Source: Minisyncoccia bacterium (GTDB lineage Bacteria > Patescibacteriota > Minisyncoccia > Phycocordibacterales > UBA5272). From it: a DNA stretch of 57,086 nt. The stretch lies in NCBI GenBank assembly GCA_038256975.1, contig JBBSJU010000001.1, positions 1 to 57,086 of the forward strand, written 5' to 3'. A program made the position numbers and the translations under genes. This document shows positions 27,543 to 37,394 of the stretch, in pieces. Every line of letters starts with the position of its first letter. Position 1 is the stretch's first letter. Below the pieces are notes generated by a model that saw only the letters and a list, made by a program, of their open reading frames with translations, did not search any database and was not told the origin of the DNA.

Positions 27543-29621
27543 ATGAAAAATATTATAGTTTTACTCGCTTTTCTTGTCCCCGCATTCTCTTTTGCTGTTA
27601 CTGAACCAGTAGCATGTACTATGGATGCGAAGCTGTGCCCAGATGGCGTGACATACGTTGGCCGTGTTGGTCCAAGCTGTGCGTTTGCTGCTTGTCCTGG
27701 TGAAACTAAACCGCTTCCGCCTATTTGTACGGACCTTAAGTTTAATTTTGATATCGGGGCAACTGATACTACAACCCAAGGCGAAGTTTCCCTCATACAA
27801 AACTTTCTGTACCCACAGTACTTAAAAGTTAAACCAACGGGCGCCTTTTATAGCTTAACTCGTGCTGCGCTTGCACAGTTTCAAAAAGATAATGGAGTCT
27901 TTCCTGCTCGAGGATACATGGGTCCGATTACACGCGCAAAGATAAAAGAACTTCTTTGTAATGGTGGGGTGGTAACGGCTCCAACTATCACCACTCTTGA
28001 TCCCAAAACCGCAAAGGTGGGTGAGACTATTACACTTTCCGGACCAGGACTAAATGCAGGCGGAGATTACATTCTGTTTGGCGGTTATCAAGTCGAGACA
28101 CATGCCTTAAAAGTTGCAAACAGAGTGAGTTTCACTGTGCCGGAGATACTATCAAAAACAATTTATTGTATTACCGCACCATGCCCACAACCCGCTCCCG
28201 AAAAAGTTCTTCCAGGCACGTATTCAATTCAAGTTGTAAATAATGTTGGAAGATCAAATACAGTTACTCTTACCATTACTGATGGAACAGTTGCTGTGAA
28301 TGACAAGATTTCTATTTCTTTTGTTGAACCATCTGCGGCGAAGGTGGGTGCTTCTGTGGTGATTTACGGATACAATCTTTTCCGTCCAGAAACAAGAATT
28401 CTTTTTGACGGTATGAGTATCAAAGGTAAACCTATCTACACAAAACGATTTGGGGATTTTAATTCTGCACTTGAGTTTACGGTCCCAAGCTATCTTTCAT
28501 CGTGTAGTGATTTTGTTTGTACGGCAGGACTTGGAAGAAAAGTAACCCCAGGTGGATATGAGCTTGCTGTTGATAATAAATATGGCCGCGCCGCAGTTAA
28601 GTTTGAGGTCCTTGGAGACGTAGTTGTGGGCGGAAAGCCATATCTACAGTATTCAAACCCAACACAAGGTGTTGTGGGAAGCGAGGTGTACGTATTTGGT
28701 GAAAATCTTAACAGTGGATTAGAAAAGATTTACTTCGGTGGCTCGCAAGTTCCATCAACCTCACTTGCTACTGATCGAAGAGGAATGGTTCGATTTAAGA
28801 TTCCAGAATATATTACTCCGTGTGGCTATGAAGACGGTATTATGTGTCGTATGATGGCGCAGATGGTGACTCCAGGGAAGTACGACATTGTTGTAAAAAA
28901 TAAGAACGGACTTTCAAACACACTGTCATTCAATGTTGTTGGGGTGGTTACTAATCCAAAACCAGAAATTACCTCACTTGCTCCATCTAGAGGAGGGGTT
29001 GGTACAGAAGTAGGTATTCGAGGTACCGGTCTTAATGGTGCTGAGAACAAGATTTATTTTGGCGGTTCACTTGTGCCGTCTGTGTACACAATATCGTCCT
29101 CTGTGTCGGGAGATATTGTTGGTACGATACCTTTTTTCCGTGTTCCTGAATTCATAACGCCGTGTGGTGTTGGTAATGAAAATTTCTGTAAAATTGCATC
29201 AATACCAGTGACCCCAGGAAAATATGACGTAGTCGTTGTAAATAAAAATGGCATCTCGAACACGCTTTCATTTGAAGTAACGGGTTCTCCAAATACAATT
29301 TCAAGCATCAGTCCTGCTTCAGGTGGTACTGGAACTTCAGTAACCTTGTACGGCCAAGGTCTTTCCTCATCTTCTGATTTTGTGTGGTTTGGCGATGTCA
29401 AAATTACTCCAGATAGAAGTATAAAGGCAGCAAATGTATTGGTTTTCACGGTTCCAAAAACATTGTTTCAATGTAATTCAAAACCTGGAGAAGAATGTCT
29501 TGCTATATATACACCAACACCGCTTGGCACGTATGAAGTAAAAGCAGAGACAATAAATGGACTTGTTTCAAACGCGGTTAAATATCAAGTAACAAGTAAC
29601 GGTTCAAGCACGGATTATTAA
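27543..29621 (+). CDS. Secreted protein: Cys-rich CTMDAKLCPDG motif, peptidoglycan-binding domain, about 5 IPT/TIG repeats
   Basis: Signal peptide; TGAFYSLTRAALAQFQK..GYMGPITRAKI (PG-binding type); repeated I.S..P..G..G..V.I.G..L and TPGKYD.VV.N. Confidence 0.85.
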   Translation: MKNIIVLLAFLVPAFSFAVTEPVACTMDAKLCPDGVTYVGRVGPSCAFAACPGETKPLPPICTDLKFNFDIGATDTTTQGEVSLIQNFLYPQYLKVKPTGAFYSLTRAALAQFQKDNGVFPARGYMGPITRAKIKELLCNGGVVTAPTITTLDPKTAKVGETITLSGPGLNAGGDYILFGGYQVETHALKVANRVSFTVPEILSKTIYCITAPCPQPAPEKVLPGTYSIQVVNNVGRSNTVTLTITDGTVAVNDKISISFVEPSAAKVGASVVIYGYNLFRPETRILFDGMSIKGKPIYTKRFGDFNSALEFTVPSYLSSCSDFVCTAGLGRKVTPGGYELAVDNKYGRAAVKFEVLGDVVVGGKPYLQYSNPTQGVVGSEVYVFGENLNSGLEKIYFGGSQVPSTSLATDRRGMVRFKIPEYITPCGYEDGIMCRMMAQMVTPGKYDIVVKNKNGLSNTLSFNVVGVVTNPKPEITSLAPSRGGVGTEVGIRGTGLNGAENKIYFGGSLVPSVYTISSSVSGDIVGTIPFFRVPEFITPCGVGNENFCKIASIPVTPGKYDVVVVNKNGISNTLSFEVTGSPNTISSISPASGGTGTSVTLYGQGLSSSSDFVWFGDVKITPDRSIKAANVLVFTVPKTLFQCNSKPGEECLAIYTPTPLGTYEVKAETINGLVSNAVKYQVTSNGSSTDY

Positions 29622-29634
29622 TACATTGGTAACA

Positions 29635-29673
29635 ATAGAAAAACCCTCATCTTATCGTGGGGGTTTTTCTATT
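29635..29673. terminator. Bidirectional terminator
   Basis: aatagaaaaaccc...gggtttttctatt between convergent genes. Confidence 0.75.
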
Positions 29674-31873
29674 CAAGGTGAATTGATTCTCGTTTTGCTA
29701 TTTCAGCGCGAACACGTGGAAGTGTCTGGAGCTCGGCATCTCTTTTTATTATATCGTGTGCCTCGTTACGAGCCGCTTCTACGAGTTTGATATTTTTTAT
29801 TGCCTCCATGCCAATGTCGGTGATGCCGGACTGCTTACCACCAGTAAGCTCACCTGCTCCTCGGAAGAGGAGATCTTGTTCGGCGAGCTCAAACCCGTTT
29901 GAACTTTTTTGTAGCGCAAGAAGTCTTTGGACTGAATGCTCGCTCTCGGTGTCACTTATGATGTAGCAATATGGCTGATGTGTTCCGCGGAGCACTCGTC
30001 CTCGAAGCTGATGTAATTGTGAAAGCCCAAAACGCTCTGCGCCTTCAATCATAATCACTGAGGCGTTTGGTACATTAACCCCTACTTCAATAACTGTAGT
30101 TGAAACAAGGATGTCTATTTTCTTGTCAGTAAAGTCTTTCATTACTTTTTCTTTTTCGAGTGGTCGCATTTTCCCATGGAGCACCCCAACTTCCCATTTC
30201 TGGAAGATATTTTCTTGCAGACGTTTCGCTTCTGTTACGACAGCCTTCTGTGTTTTCTTTTGAGACTCTTCTTCGTCGGGCTCATCAATGCGAGGACAAA
30301 TAACGTATGCTTGTCGGCCATCCGCGAGTTCTTTTTTCACAGCGTCATACATGCGGTCTCGGGCATGTGGCGGGATAACCTCTGTGATAATTTTTTTTCT
30401 GCCTGGAGGCATTTCGTCTAATATTGTTAAATCAAGGTCGCCATAAATAGTGAGCGCAAGCGTGCGAGGAATAGGGGTTGCGGTCATGGAAAGGAGGTGG
30501 GCTACTTTTCCAAAGTCGTTTGACTTTTGGGCCAACTCTTTTCTTTGCTTGATACCAAAGCGATGTTGTTCATCTACAATCACGAGTCCTAAATGTTTGA
30601 AACTAACTTTTTTCTGAATGAGTGCGTGGGTACCGATAACAATAGCAATCTCGCCATTGTCCACCCACTTGAGAAGCTGTGTTTTAGAAATCTTGGTTGC
30701 TTCACCTGGGCGTGCTTTTGATGGATACTTTAAACATGTCTCTCCAGTAATGAGTCCGAGTGATATTCCTGTTCCTTTAAAAAAGTCACAAAATGATGCA
30801 AAGTGTTGGCGAGCCAATATTTCTGTTGGAGCCATGTATGCAACCTGAAGTGTGCCAAAACTTTGGTCCACTTGTTTTCCTTTTTGATCAACAAAACTCG
30901 GACGCGTCGTGATAGTTGTATATGCACACGCGGCAGCAACGGCAGTTTTTCCAGAACCTACGTCTCCTTCAAGAAGTCGTGACATTGGATGAGTTTTTTG
31001 AATATCGTCCACAATATAGCTAACCGCTCTTTCTTGTGCCCCTGTTGGGTGTATTCCTTTTTCTTTCAAAAAGGCGAGCGCGCTCTTTCTACTACTTTTA
31101 ATGCTATATGCTGGAGTCTCTTGTGTTTTGGCACGATCTTTTGCTTTTATAAGCTGAATGAAAAATATTTCTTCGAAAGCAAAACGTTTGCGTGCGGCAG
31201 TTACATGGTCTTGTGTCTTAGGAAAGTGAATATAGGTGAGGGCTTTTTTGAGCTCAGGCAGATGATATTTTTCAAGAATTGTTTCAGGAATAGGGTCTTC
31301 AATGTTTTCAAGTGCACCTTGGGTGATTATCTTTTGAATAGTGTATGAAATAAGTCGGGAAGAAATACCTTTCGTCTCTTTGTATACAGGAGTGAGAAAA
31401 TCACCACCGTCTTTTCCTTCTTGTGTTTGGGTACTTGTTTCTTTTTGTGCGAAAAGAGAATCATGGGTGTCGATAGGCATGTCGGCAATTCTTGCGATCT
31501 CAGGATTTGAAAGAAAAAGCCCTTGCGTGCCACTTGAAATTTTCCCCGATAGTTTCACCAGGCTTCCCTCAGGATACATTTTTGCAATGTAGGCTTGGTT
31601 GAACCAAATAATCTTTATTCGCCCACGATGGTCTTCAAGGTATGCTTCTGCCATCGGCACTTTACTTTTCCATGCCTTACGGAGTTTTACCCCAGTTAAT
31701 TTTCCGTATAAAGTTACCTGCGTACCTGCTTCAAGAGTTGCGGTGTCTCCTAATTCTCGAATATCAGCATAGCGCACAGGGAAGTGGTACAGAAAATCCT
31801 GTGTCGACACAATCCCTAGTTTCTTTAGGGCGAGCTTTTGGGCAGGGCTAAATCGAAGAAAAGACGGAAACAT
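29669..31873 (-). CDS. recG: ATP-dependent DNA helicase RecG
   Basis: RLLEGDVGSGKT, MAPTEILARQH, DEQHRFG, MTATPIPRTL, AERFGLSQLHQLRGRV. Confidence 0.97.
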   Translation of the reverse strand: MFPSFLRFSPAQKLALKKLGIVSTQDFLYHFPVRYADIRELGDTATLEAGTQVTLYGKLTGVKLRKAWKSKVPMAEAYLEDHRGRIKIIWFNQAYIAKMYPEGSLVKLSGKISSGTQGLFLSNPEIARIADMPIDTHDSLFAQKETSTQTQEGKDGGDFLTPVYKETKGISSRLISYTIQKIITQGALENIEDPIPETILEKYHLPELKKALTYIHFPKTQDHVTAARKRFAFEEIFFIQLIKAKDRAKTQETPAYSIKSSRKSALAFLKEKGIHPTGAQERAVSYIVDDIQKTHPMSRLLEGDVGSGKTAVAAACAYTTITTRPSFVDQKGKQVDQSFGTLQVAYMAPTEILARQHFASFCDFFKGTGISLGLITGETCLKYPSKARPGEATKISKTQLLKWVDNGEIAIVIGTHALIQKKVSFKHLGLVIVDEQHRFGIKQRKELAQKSNDFGKVAHLLSMTATPIPRTLALTIYGDLDLTILDEMPPGRKKIITEVIPPHARDRMYDAVKKELADGRQAYVICPRIDEPDEEESQKKTQKAVVTEAKRLQENIFQKWEVGVLHGKMRPLEKEKVMKDFTDKKIDILVSTTVIEVGVNVPNASVIMIEGAERFGLSQLHQLRGRVLRGTHQPYCYIISDTESEHSVQRLLALQKSSNGFELAEQDLLFRGAGELTGGKQSGITDIGMEAIKNIKLVEAARNEAHDIIKRDAELQTLPRVRAEIAKRESIHLE

Positions 31874-31955
31874 ACTCTCTATTGTACACCGGAGTGCGTA
31901 AAGCAAGGTTACCTCGAGATTGTTTTGATGGTACAATTAAAGACATTAAGAATAT

Positions 31956-33770
31956 ATGAAAAAAATAGTATTTATTCTCGCAGCAGTCCTTATTTCTTCG
32001 GTGTATACGTATGCAGATCAAACTGTGTATGTAGAAAAAGATTGGTTTAACTACAATTACGAAGAAGATGCTCCTCAGTACAGAGCAACGGCACAGTTTA
32101 CCACCACTGCGCCGACGACTCTTACTCCGGGTGAAACTTTTTACGCACAAGGCACAGCGTCGCGGTCAGGGTATTACTTTAATGCGCGACCAGGAGGAAC
32201 GCATGAGTGTCCGCAGGGGGTTGGATGTGATTCTTCTTTTGTTTCTGGACATCCAGGTATTGGACTTTCAAGTTCAAATAGTGGTGGCGTGACAGGAAGT
32301 GGAACTTTTGCTGCCCCAAGCACACCCGGGACATACAAGATGGGTTTTGCTGCATATTTTTCTGAAGACCCAGTGAGTGCTGGATTTTGTACTGGCTCAA
32401 CAGGTGCTCAAGTTTGTGGAGTAACACCTTTTTCATATGCGCAAGTAAATTTTACTGTGAGCGCAACTGCCTGCTCCGACTCTCTCAACAATGATAGTGC
32501 TCAAGGTGCCGATAGTGCCGATCCACAATGTCACTCTGACTGTAATGTAAACAACGCCGCATCATACGTTCCAACACATACAAGTGAAACAACTCAAGTA
32601 GGATCATGTCCAGCCCCAACACTAAACCTCACTGGTCGTTCAGCGTCACTTTTTAATTCTTTAGTTGCTTTTTTTACCGATAAGGCTGTAGCCCAAGAAA
32701 CGCAACAGGTATCAAGTGACAGACAGGCAACTTCAAACGGAGGAGTTATTGCAAGTGTAGGAATTTACAGTGGCGCAATCAAAGAAACAAAGATAAACAC
32801 TATTGAAGCTGGCTTTACTCTTAAATCTGATCTTGGTGCACAAGGAGGAGTACTGTATGGTCTTGTAATAAAAAAGAAAGATACACAGGAAGTTGTAGAC
32901 ACGGTGGCAGGAGGAGAAACGATCACGCTTAAATATGCAGAATATGCGTATAAGACTCTTTCGTATACTGCACCGGTAACGCTCGGAGGTGAGCATGATG
33001 TATATCTTGTTGTGGCAACTGATTCAAATATCCCTCTTGCTACAAAAAAACTTGGAAGCTACGCATTTACCAAAAGTCGTGACACAAACTCTTTTATTAA
33101 AGAATGTACTTTCGATACAACAGCGTTTACAGCAACATGTATAGCGGGTAACAGGGACAAGGTATCTCCGAGTGACACACTTCTTGCGGTGAACACGAGA
33201 AATGGCGGTATGTTTGGGGCAACTACGGGCACACAGCAAATTGCCAACCTCACTTTTGACGCAAAAGGTTTTGCAACAGCAACTTTTCCAATTTCTCGAG
33301 AACCAGGAATGCACGCGCTTGATGTGACCCTAGTGCAAGGACAGACTCCTCTTTCACACATTGCCTATGAATACGATATCGAAGGTAAGGGGGTAACTAT
33401 AGACAGTGTGTTTGTAGAACAAGCGGATAAAAAAATGTTTTCAGTTGGTGTTATCTCGCTTTCTCTTGCAAGAGAAGCAAAGACGGTAAAAGTGTTACTT
33501 ACAAGAAATGGTAAAGAACTTGCACAAAGTTCCACAGCTTTTACTCGTCCGCGCACCGATGTTTCATTTACATACAAAGGTTTCCGTCAGCCAGATGCAG
33601 TGATTGTAAATATTACAGATGCAAGTGGTACGGTGCTTGCAGAGAAGACGGTCCCATACGCATCTCCATTTGAAAAGAGCGGTAGTGCAGCAGCAGGATG
33701 GGGAGGAATCATTGTTCTTGCAATTATTGTACTCGGGTATATCGTGAGTCTTTTGCGAAGGAAGGTGTAG
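31956..33770 (+). CDS. Secreted, C-terminally anchored surface protein
   Basis: Signal peptide, CSD..ND....D..DP.C motif, C-terminal TM followed by RRKV. Confidence 0.8.
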   Translation: MKKIVFILAAVLISSVYTYADQTVYVEKDWFNYNYEEDAPQYRATAQFTTTAPTTLTPGETFYAQGTASRSGYYFNARPGGTHECPQGVGCDSSFVSGHPGIGLSSSNSGGVTGSGTFAAPSTPGTYKMGFAAYFSEDPVSAGFCTGSTGAQVCGVTPFSYAQVNFTVSATACSDSLNNDSAQGADSADPQCHSDCNVNNAASYVPTHTSETTQVGSCPAPTLNLTGRSASLFNSLVAFFTDKAVAQETQQVSSDRQATSNGGVIASVGIYSGAIKETKINTIEAGFTLKSDLGAQGGVLYGLVIKKKDTQEVVDTVAGGETITLKYAEYAYKTLSYTAPVTLGGEHDVYLVVATDSNIPLATKKLGSYAFTKSRDTNSFIKECTFDTTAFTATCIAGNRDKVSPSDTLLAVNTRNGGMFGATTGTQQIANLTFDAKGFATATFPISREPGMHALDVTLVQGQTPLSHIAYEYDIEGKGVTIDSVFVEQADKKMFSVGVISLSLAREAKTVKVLLTRNGKELAQSSTAFTRPRTDVSFTYKGFRQPDAVIVNITDASGTVLAEKTVPYASPFEKSGSAAAGWGGIIVLAIIVLGYIVSLLRRKV

Positions 33771-33975
33771 GAAGTAACAGGTTAAGAAATAAAAACGATG
33801 AGTCTATCATCGTTTGAATTTTTTTGTGTGGGCATAATTACTTGACTAAATGATGCAGGGGAGGTAGGGTGCGGGTAGAGAGTTTACAGTTCACGGTCGT
33901 GTTCTGAACCCTCAGTCTGTCTTCGGTATGCGCATATCTAGATAGATTTGTACATTTACTCCATGGAGAATCACA

Positions 33976-34491
33976 ATGCAAACCCAAACCGCTATCGCTG
34001 ATGTAGCAACTGACTCACTGGTTTCAGCAATGGCGCTCCGTAGCGCGCTTTACCAGAAGTTTCAGGGTTACCAGTTCAAGCCTTTGCTTGTACGTCTGCA
34101 GCGCGAGCTTGGAATCCGGGCTGAAGAAGCTCAGCAACTCTTTACTGATTTGAAGACCTGGATGTTCTTGTGCGCTGTCTCCGACAAGCCGCTCAGTCCC
34201 CCGAAAATCATTGACGAAGCTTGGCACAATTTTGTCCTGTTCACCAAGGAATACGCCAGCTTTTGTCAGGGCTTCTGTGGGCGTTTTGTGCATCACGTGC
34301 CATTTGACGGGGTGTGTCAATCTGAGGAGAGTGAATCAACACGCACCTCAGCGCACCAAAACACCCTGAACCTGATTGCTTCCCTCGGTCTTTCTGGCAA
34401 GAATTGGTTGATGGGAAGTTCTAGTTCGTGTTGCGACGGCGGTAACTGCAGCAACTCTCCTGGTGGATGCAGTCACTGTAGCGAAGGTTGA
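33976..34491 (+). CDS. DUF1399/glycine-rich-domain-like protein with Ser/Gly/Cys tail
   Basis: PPKIIDEAWHNFVLFTKEYASFC...GRFVHHVP; tail SSSSCCDGGNCSNSPGGCSHCSEG; ggag SD. Confidence 0.75.
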   Translation: MQTQTAIADVATDSLVSAMALRSALYQKFQGYQFKPLLVRLQRELGIRAEEAQQLFTDLKTWMFLCAVSDKPLSPPKIIDEAWHNFVLFTKEYASFCQGFCGRFVHHVPFDGVCQSEESESTRTSAHQNTLNLIASLGLSGKNWLMGSSSSCCDGGNCSNSPGGCSHCSEG

Positions 34492-34561
34492 TCTCGCCAC
34501 TTTTCCACTTTGGGCCGGCTAATGCCGGCCCATTTATTTTTCTTTATACTATAATCTGTAA

Positions 34562-35089
34562 ATGCAAGATATACATTTGATTTCCCAATATATAGAAATA
34601 AAAAATAAAAAAGTTTTTGATATTGGATGTGCTGGTGGTAAATTCGCTGATTTCTTCATAAGTAAAGGTGCGCACGTATTTGCTATTGATAAAATAGATA
34701 ATGTAAGTACAGGTGTGAAGGAAAATTCTAGTTTTGCCTTTCAGGAAGCAAGTATTGATACTTTTGAAACAAAAGAGAAGTTCGATATAATTTTTTCTAG
34801 AAATGTTTTTCCTTTCTGTGATAGTAAATTAGAGATGCTTTTAAATAAATTGAATAAAAATATAGTTAAAGGCGGCGTGGTATTTTTTACATATTTTGGA
34901 GATAAGGAAATCTGGGGTCAAGATGACAAGATAAAAACTTTAAAACGATTAGAAATCGATAAAATTTTAGAAGAGTATAAAAATCTTTTTGATTTGAAAT
35001 ATTTTGCTGAGGAAATTTTTGAAGGGAAGACTATGGGTGGAGGCATAAAGAATTGGCATATTTTCAGAGTGATTCTGAAAAAGAAATAA
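34562..35089 (+). CDS. Class I SAM-dependent methyltransferase
   Basis: VFDIGCAGG, VFAIDK, KFDIIFS, KGGVVF; C-terminal K.WHIF (TehB-like). Confidence 0.88.
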   Translation: MQDIHLISQYIEIKNKKVFDIGCAGGKFADFFISKGAHVFAIDKIDNVSTGVKENSSFAFQEASIDTFETKEKFDIIFSRNVFPFCDSKLEMLLNKLNKNIVKGGVVFFTYFGDKEIWGQDDKIKTLKRLEIDKILEEYKNLFDLKYFAEEIFEGKTMGGGIKNWHIFRVILKKK

Positions 35090-35260
35090 CTATTTGTAAT
35101 GTTTCTAGGTGACAGATATTCCATATTGTAAGTTCCTTAAATCTAACTTCGGTAGAAATACTAAAGGTGTGGATATTGCCTAATTAATGAAGGATTTGCA
35201 TATAAAGGTGAAAAAATAAGGGTAAAACTCTGACTCCATTATACCTGTGGATAACGGGGA

Positions 35261-35289
35261 TTGACTTGACATGTACACGGATATATTAT
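35261..35289 (+). promoter_or_regulatory. sigma70 promoter, with a DnaA box at 35246-35254
   Basis: TTGACT-17 nt-TATTAT; tgtggataa just upstream. Confidence 0.55.
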
Positions 35290-35406
35290 GATATTAGGTC
35301 CGTAATCTCCCGGTGAGGGTGTGTGCGGACAATAAATTCTCGTCATTCCGGCGGGGCGCCCAGGTGAGCTGCGTATTGCTCACTGATCTTTGATAAGGAG
35401 ACGAAA

Positions 35407-37272
35407 ATGAACAATACCTTGTTCGGGTTCGTGGCGTCCCTGATCGCCACACTCGCCCTGTTCTTGGGCTCGACCCAGGCGCAGGCACAAGTTGCAAGTG
35501 ACCGTCTGACTGTGGTCGAGTTCAAAATCGATCAGATCGGCGGTGCGGACGGCACTGGCTGTGGTGGTCCTACCATCGCCAAAAACCACTACACGATGAT
35601 CGATGATGTCAAAGTTATCGATCCCGTGCTTTGGGCGCAGTTGCCACAATCTCTGCGAGATCAGATTCCGACGGGGCGAGAAATCGAACTGTTGGACGCT
35701 GGCATCGCTGGCCCGTGGTATCGGACTGGAAACAACTTTGAGGCATGGAAGCTTGGTACACCGGGCACGGTTGCAATGCACCGCATTCAGGCCGTTCAGT
35801 TTTGTTCACATCTGTGGATTACTGAAGTCGACCTGCTCTATGGTGAGAACGCAATCGCCTGGCTCGTGCGCCAGCGCGACGGTGCCGGTAATCAAATCTA
35901 CAAGGACAACGGCGCAAGCTTCGGGGTCAAGATTCCAGTCAACGGATATCCGCTCACAGGCACACGCATGGCCTACCGTGCATACAACGGCGCCGCTTTC
36001 AAACGCGGTCAGTTGACCGTGCCGGTTGCTTATCTCGAGAATGATCCCAATTGGAGATTTATTTTCAACTGGGTTCGATGGGAAGAGACGCAGCTACTCC
36101 CTGGTTGGGAGTTGGCACGGATTGACGCGGATGCAAGTACTGATCCGAATGCTGGTAAGTTCTTGATACCAGCGGATGCGAAGTCGGTGTGGGTGGCAAA
36201 CCAAACTCCCGACGGAGTCGTGAACGATCCAGTGTACGGGCTGACGGGCAACTACCTGTCGGTGTTCAACATGGACACGCAAAACTGGGCAGCCAGTGCG
36301 CGTGTTGACGTCTCGGTGTCGGGCAAGTCGCGGAGTGTCGATTTTGACAATTCCCGCGATGTCGCCTATATGCCGCGAGGTAGTTTCCGTACGTTCCAGG
36401 CGAAATCTACGGGCCCCACGGTCACTCATGTGGCTATGGTCCCTGACACTCGCTTAGCAGCGCTTGTGTATGAGCGAACTGGCGAGGTGTTTCATCTTGC
36501 TGGGTCTGATTACGGCAATCGGGTCTTTGTGTGGAATCCGAAGACTGATACAATTTGGGACTTCATTCCTGCAACGGGAGTGGTCCCTAATCTGGATACA
36601 ACTGTCGATGGGCACATTCAAGGTGCGATTTTTGGCAACACCTTCTTCCGCGTGATTGGTATCAACAATTATACGCAGACGAAGGTTGAGGTGTACGACA
36701 TCCCAGATCGCGCGCAACGCGCGACGTACATCATCAACAAGCAGTTGGCAAATGGGGGAGGGGTTTTTGGGGCACGTCCTCAGATGTCTTTCGATCCCAA
36801 TACCAATAGTTTGTGGTTTGCTACCATCTATGACGGTTCGCTCGGAGAGCTTGATCTTGATACTGGTGTCTTTGCCGACTTCCCAATTCCGCAAGAAGCG
36901 GGGGTGGCGGTAGGAGCGACGGACGTCAAGGTTGATTCGCTGCGAAACAAGCTGTACGTGAGTATCGCGAAGTTTCGTCCCGTGTGGCAAGGTGCTTCGA
37001 CACCATTTGTTGACGGAAGCCTGTACGAGATCGATCTTGCTACCAAGCAGATCGCTCGACAGGTGACCCTTCAAGTGTACCCGTGGAGTGTTGCGATCCT
37101 TCCAACTTCGACAGGTACATATGTCGCGGTGACCAACAACGCAACAGTGTCAGGTAACAACGTGAGCGTGCCGAGCACGATCTCGGTCGTGAATGTTTCA
37201 AACTTTGCCGAAGTCGCCCGGTTGCAGACGCAGAAGCAGCCGACGGCGATGGCAGTCGAGTTCAAGGATTGA
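35407..37272 (+). CDS. Secreted protein with YncE-like beta-propeller C-terminus
   Basis: Signal peptide ending AQAQ; SD taaggag; blade-like repeats VWVAN, LYVS, YVAVTN..TISVVN; visibly GC-rich. Confidence 0.75.
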   Translation: MNNTLFGFVASLIATLALFLGSTQAQAQVASDRLTVVEFKIDQIGGADGTGCGGPTIAKNHYTMIDDVKVIDPVLWAQLPQSLRDQIPTGREIELLDAGIAGPWYRTGNNFEAWKLGTPGTVAMHRIQAVQFCSHLWITEVDLLYGENAIAWLVRQRDGAGNQIYKDNGASFGVKIPVNGYPLTGTRMAYRAYNGAAFKRGQLTVPVAYLENDPNWRFIFNWVRWEETQLLPGWELARIDADASTDPNAGKFLIPADAKSVWVANQTPDGVVNDPVYGLTGNYLSVFNMDTQNWAASARVDVSVSGKSRSVDFDNSRDVAYMPRGSFRTFQAKSTGPTVTHVAMVPDTRLAALVYERTGEVFHLAGSDYGNRVFVWNPKTDTIWDFIPATGVVPNLDTTVDGHIQGAIFGNTFFRVIGINNYTQTKVEVYDIPDRAQRATYIINKQLANGGGVFGARPQMSFDPNTNSLWFATIYDGSLGELDLDTGVFADFPIPQEAGVAVGATDVKVDSLRNKLYVSIAKFRPVWQGASTPFVDGSLYEIDLATKQIARQVTLQVYPWSVAILPTSTGTYVAVTNNATVSGNNVSVPSTISVVNVSNFAEVARLQTQKQPTAMAVEFKD

Positions 37273-37394
37273 ATTTGATGAACAGAGTCTCAGAGTCCCT
37301 ATGCACTAGTATGTGTGTAGGGCTCTTTTCTATAAGGATGTAGGGTATGGAAGGAATACGTATTATGTCTATGGAGTATACTTATTTGAATATA

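Noticed and set aside
26338-33879. ggtgcgggta upstream of two accessory genes (about 26338 and 33868), resembling the tRNA-Gly(GCC) 3' end
   Set aside because: Only 9-10 bp of identity; cannot be distinguished from chance or called an att site.
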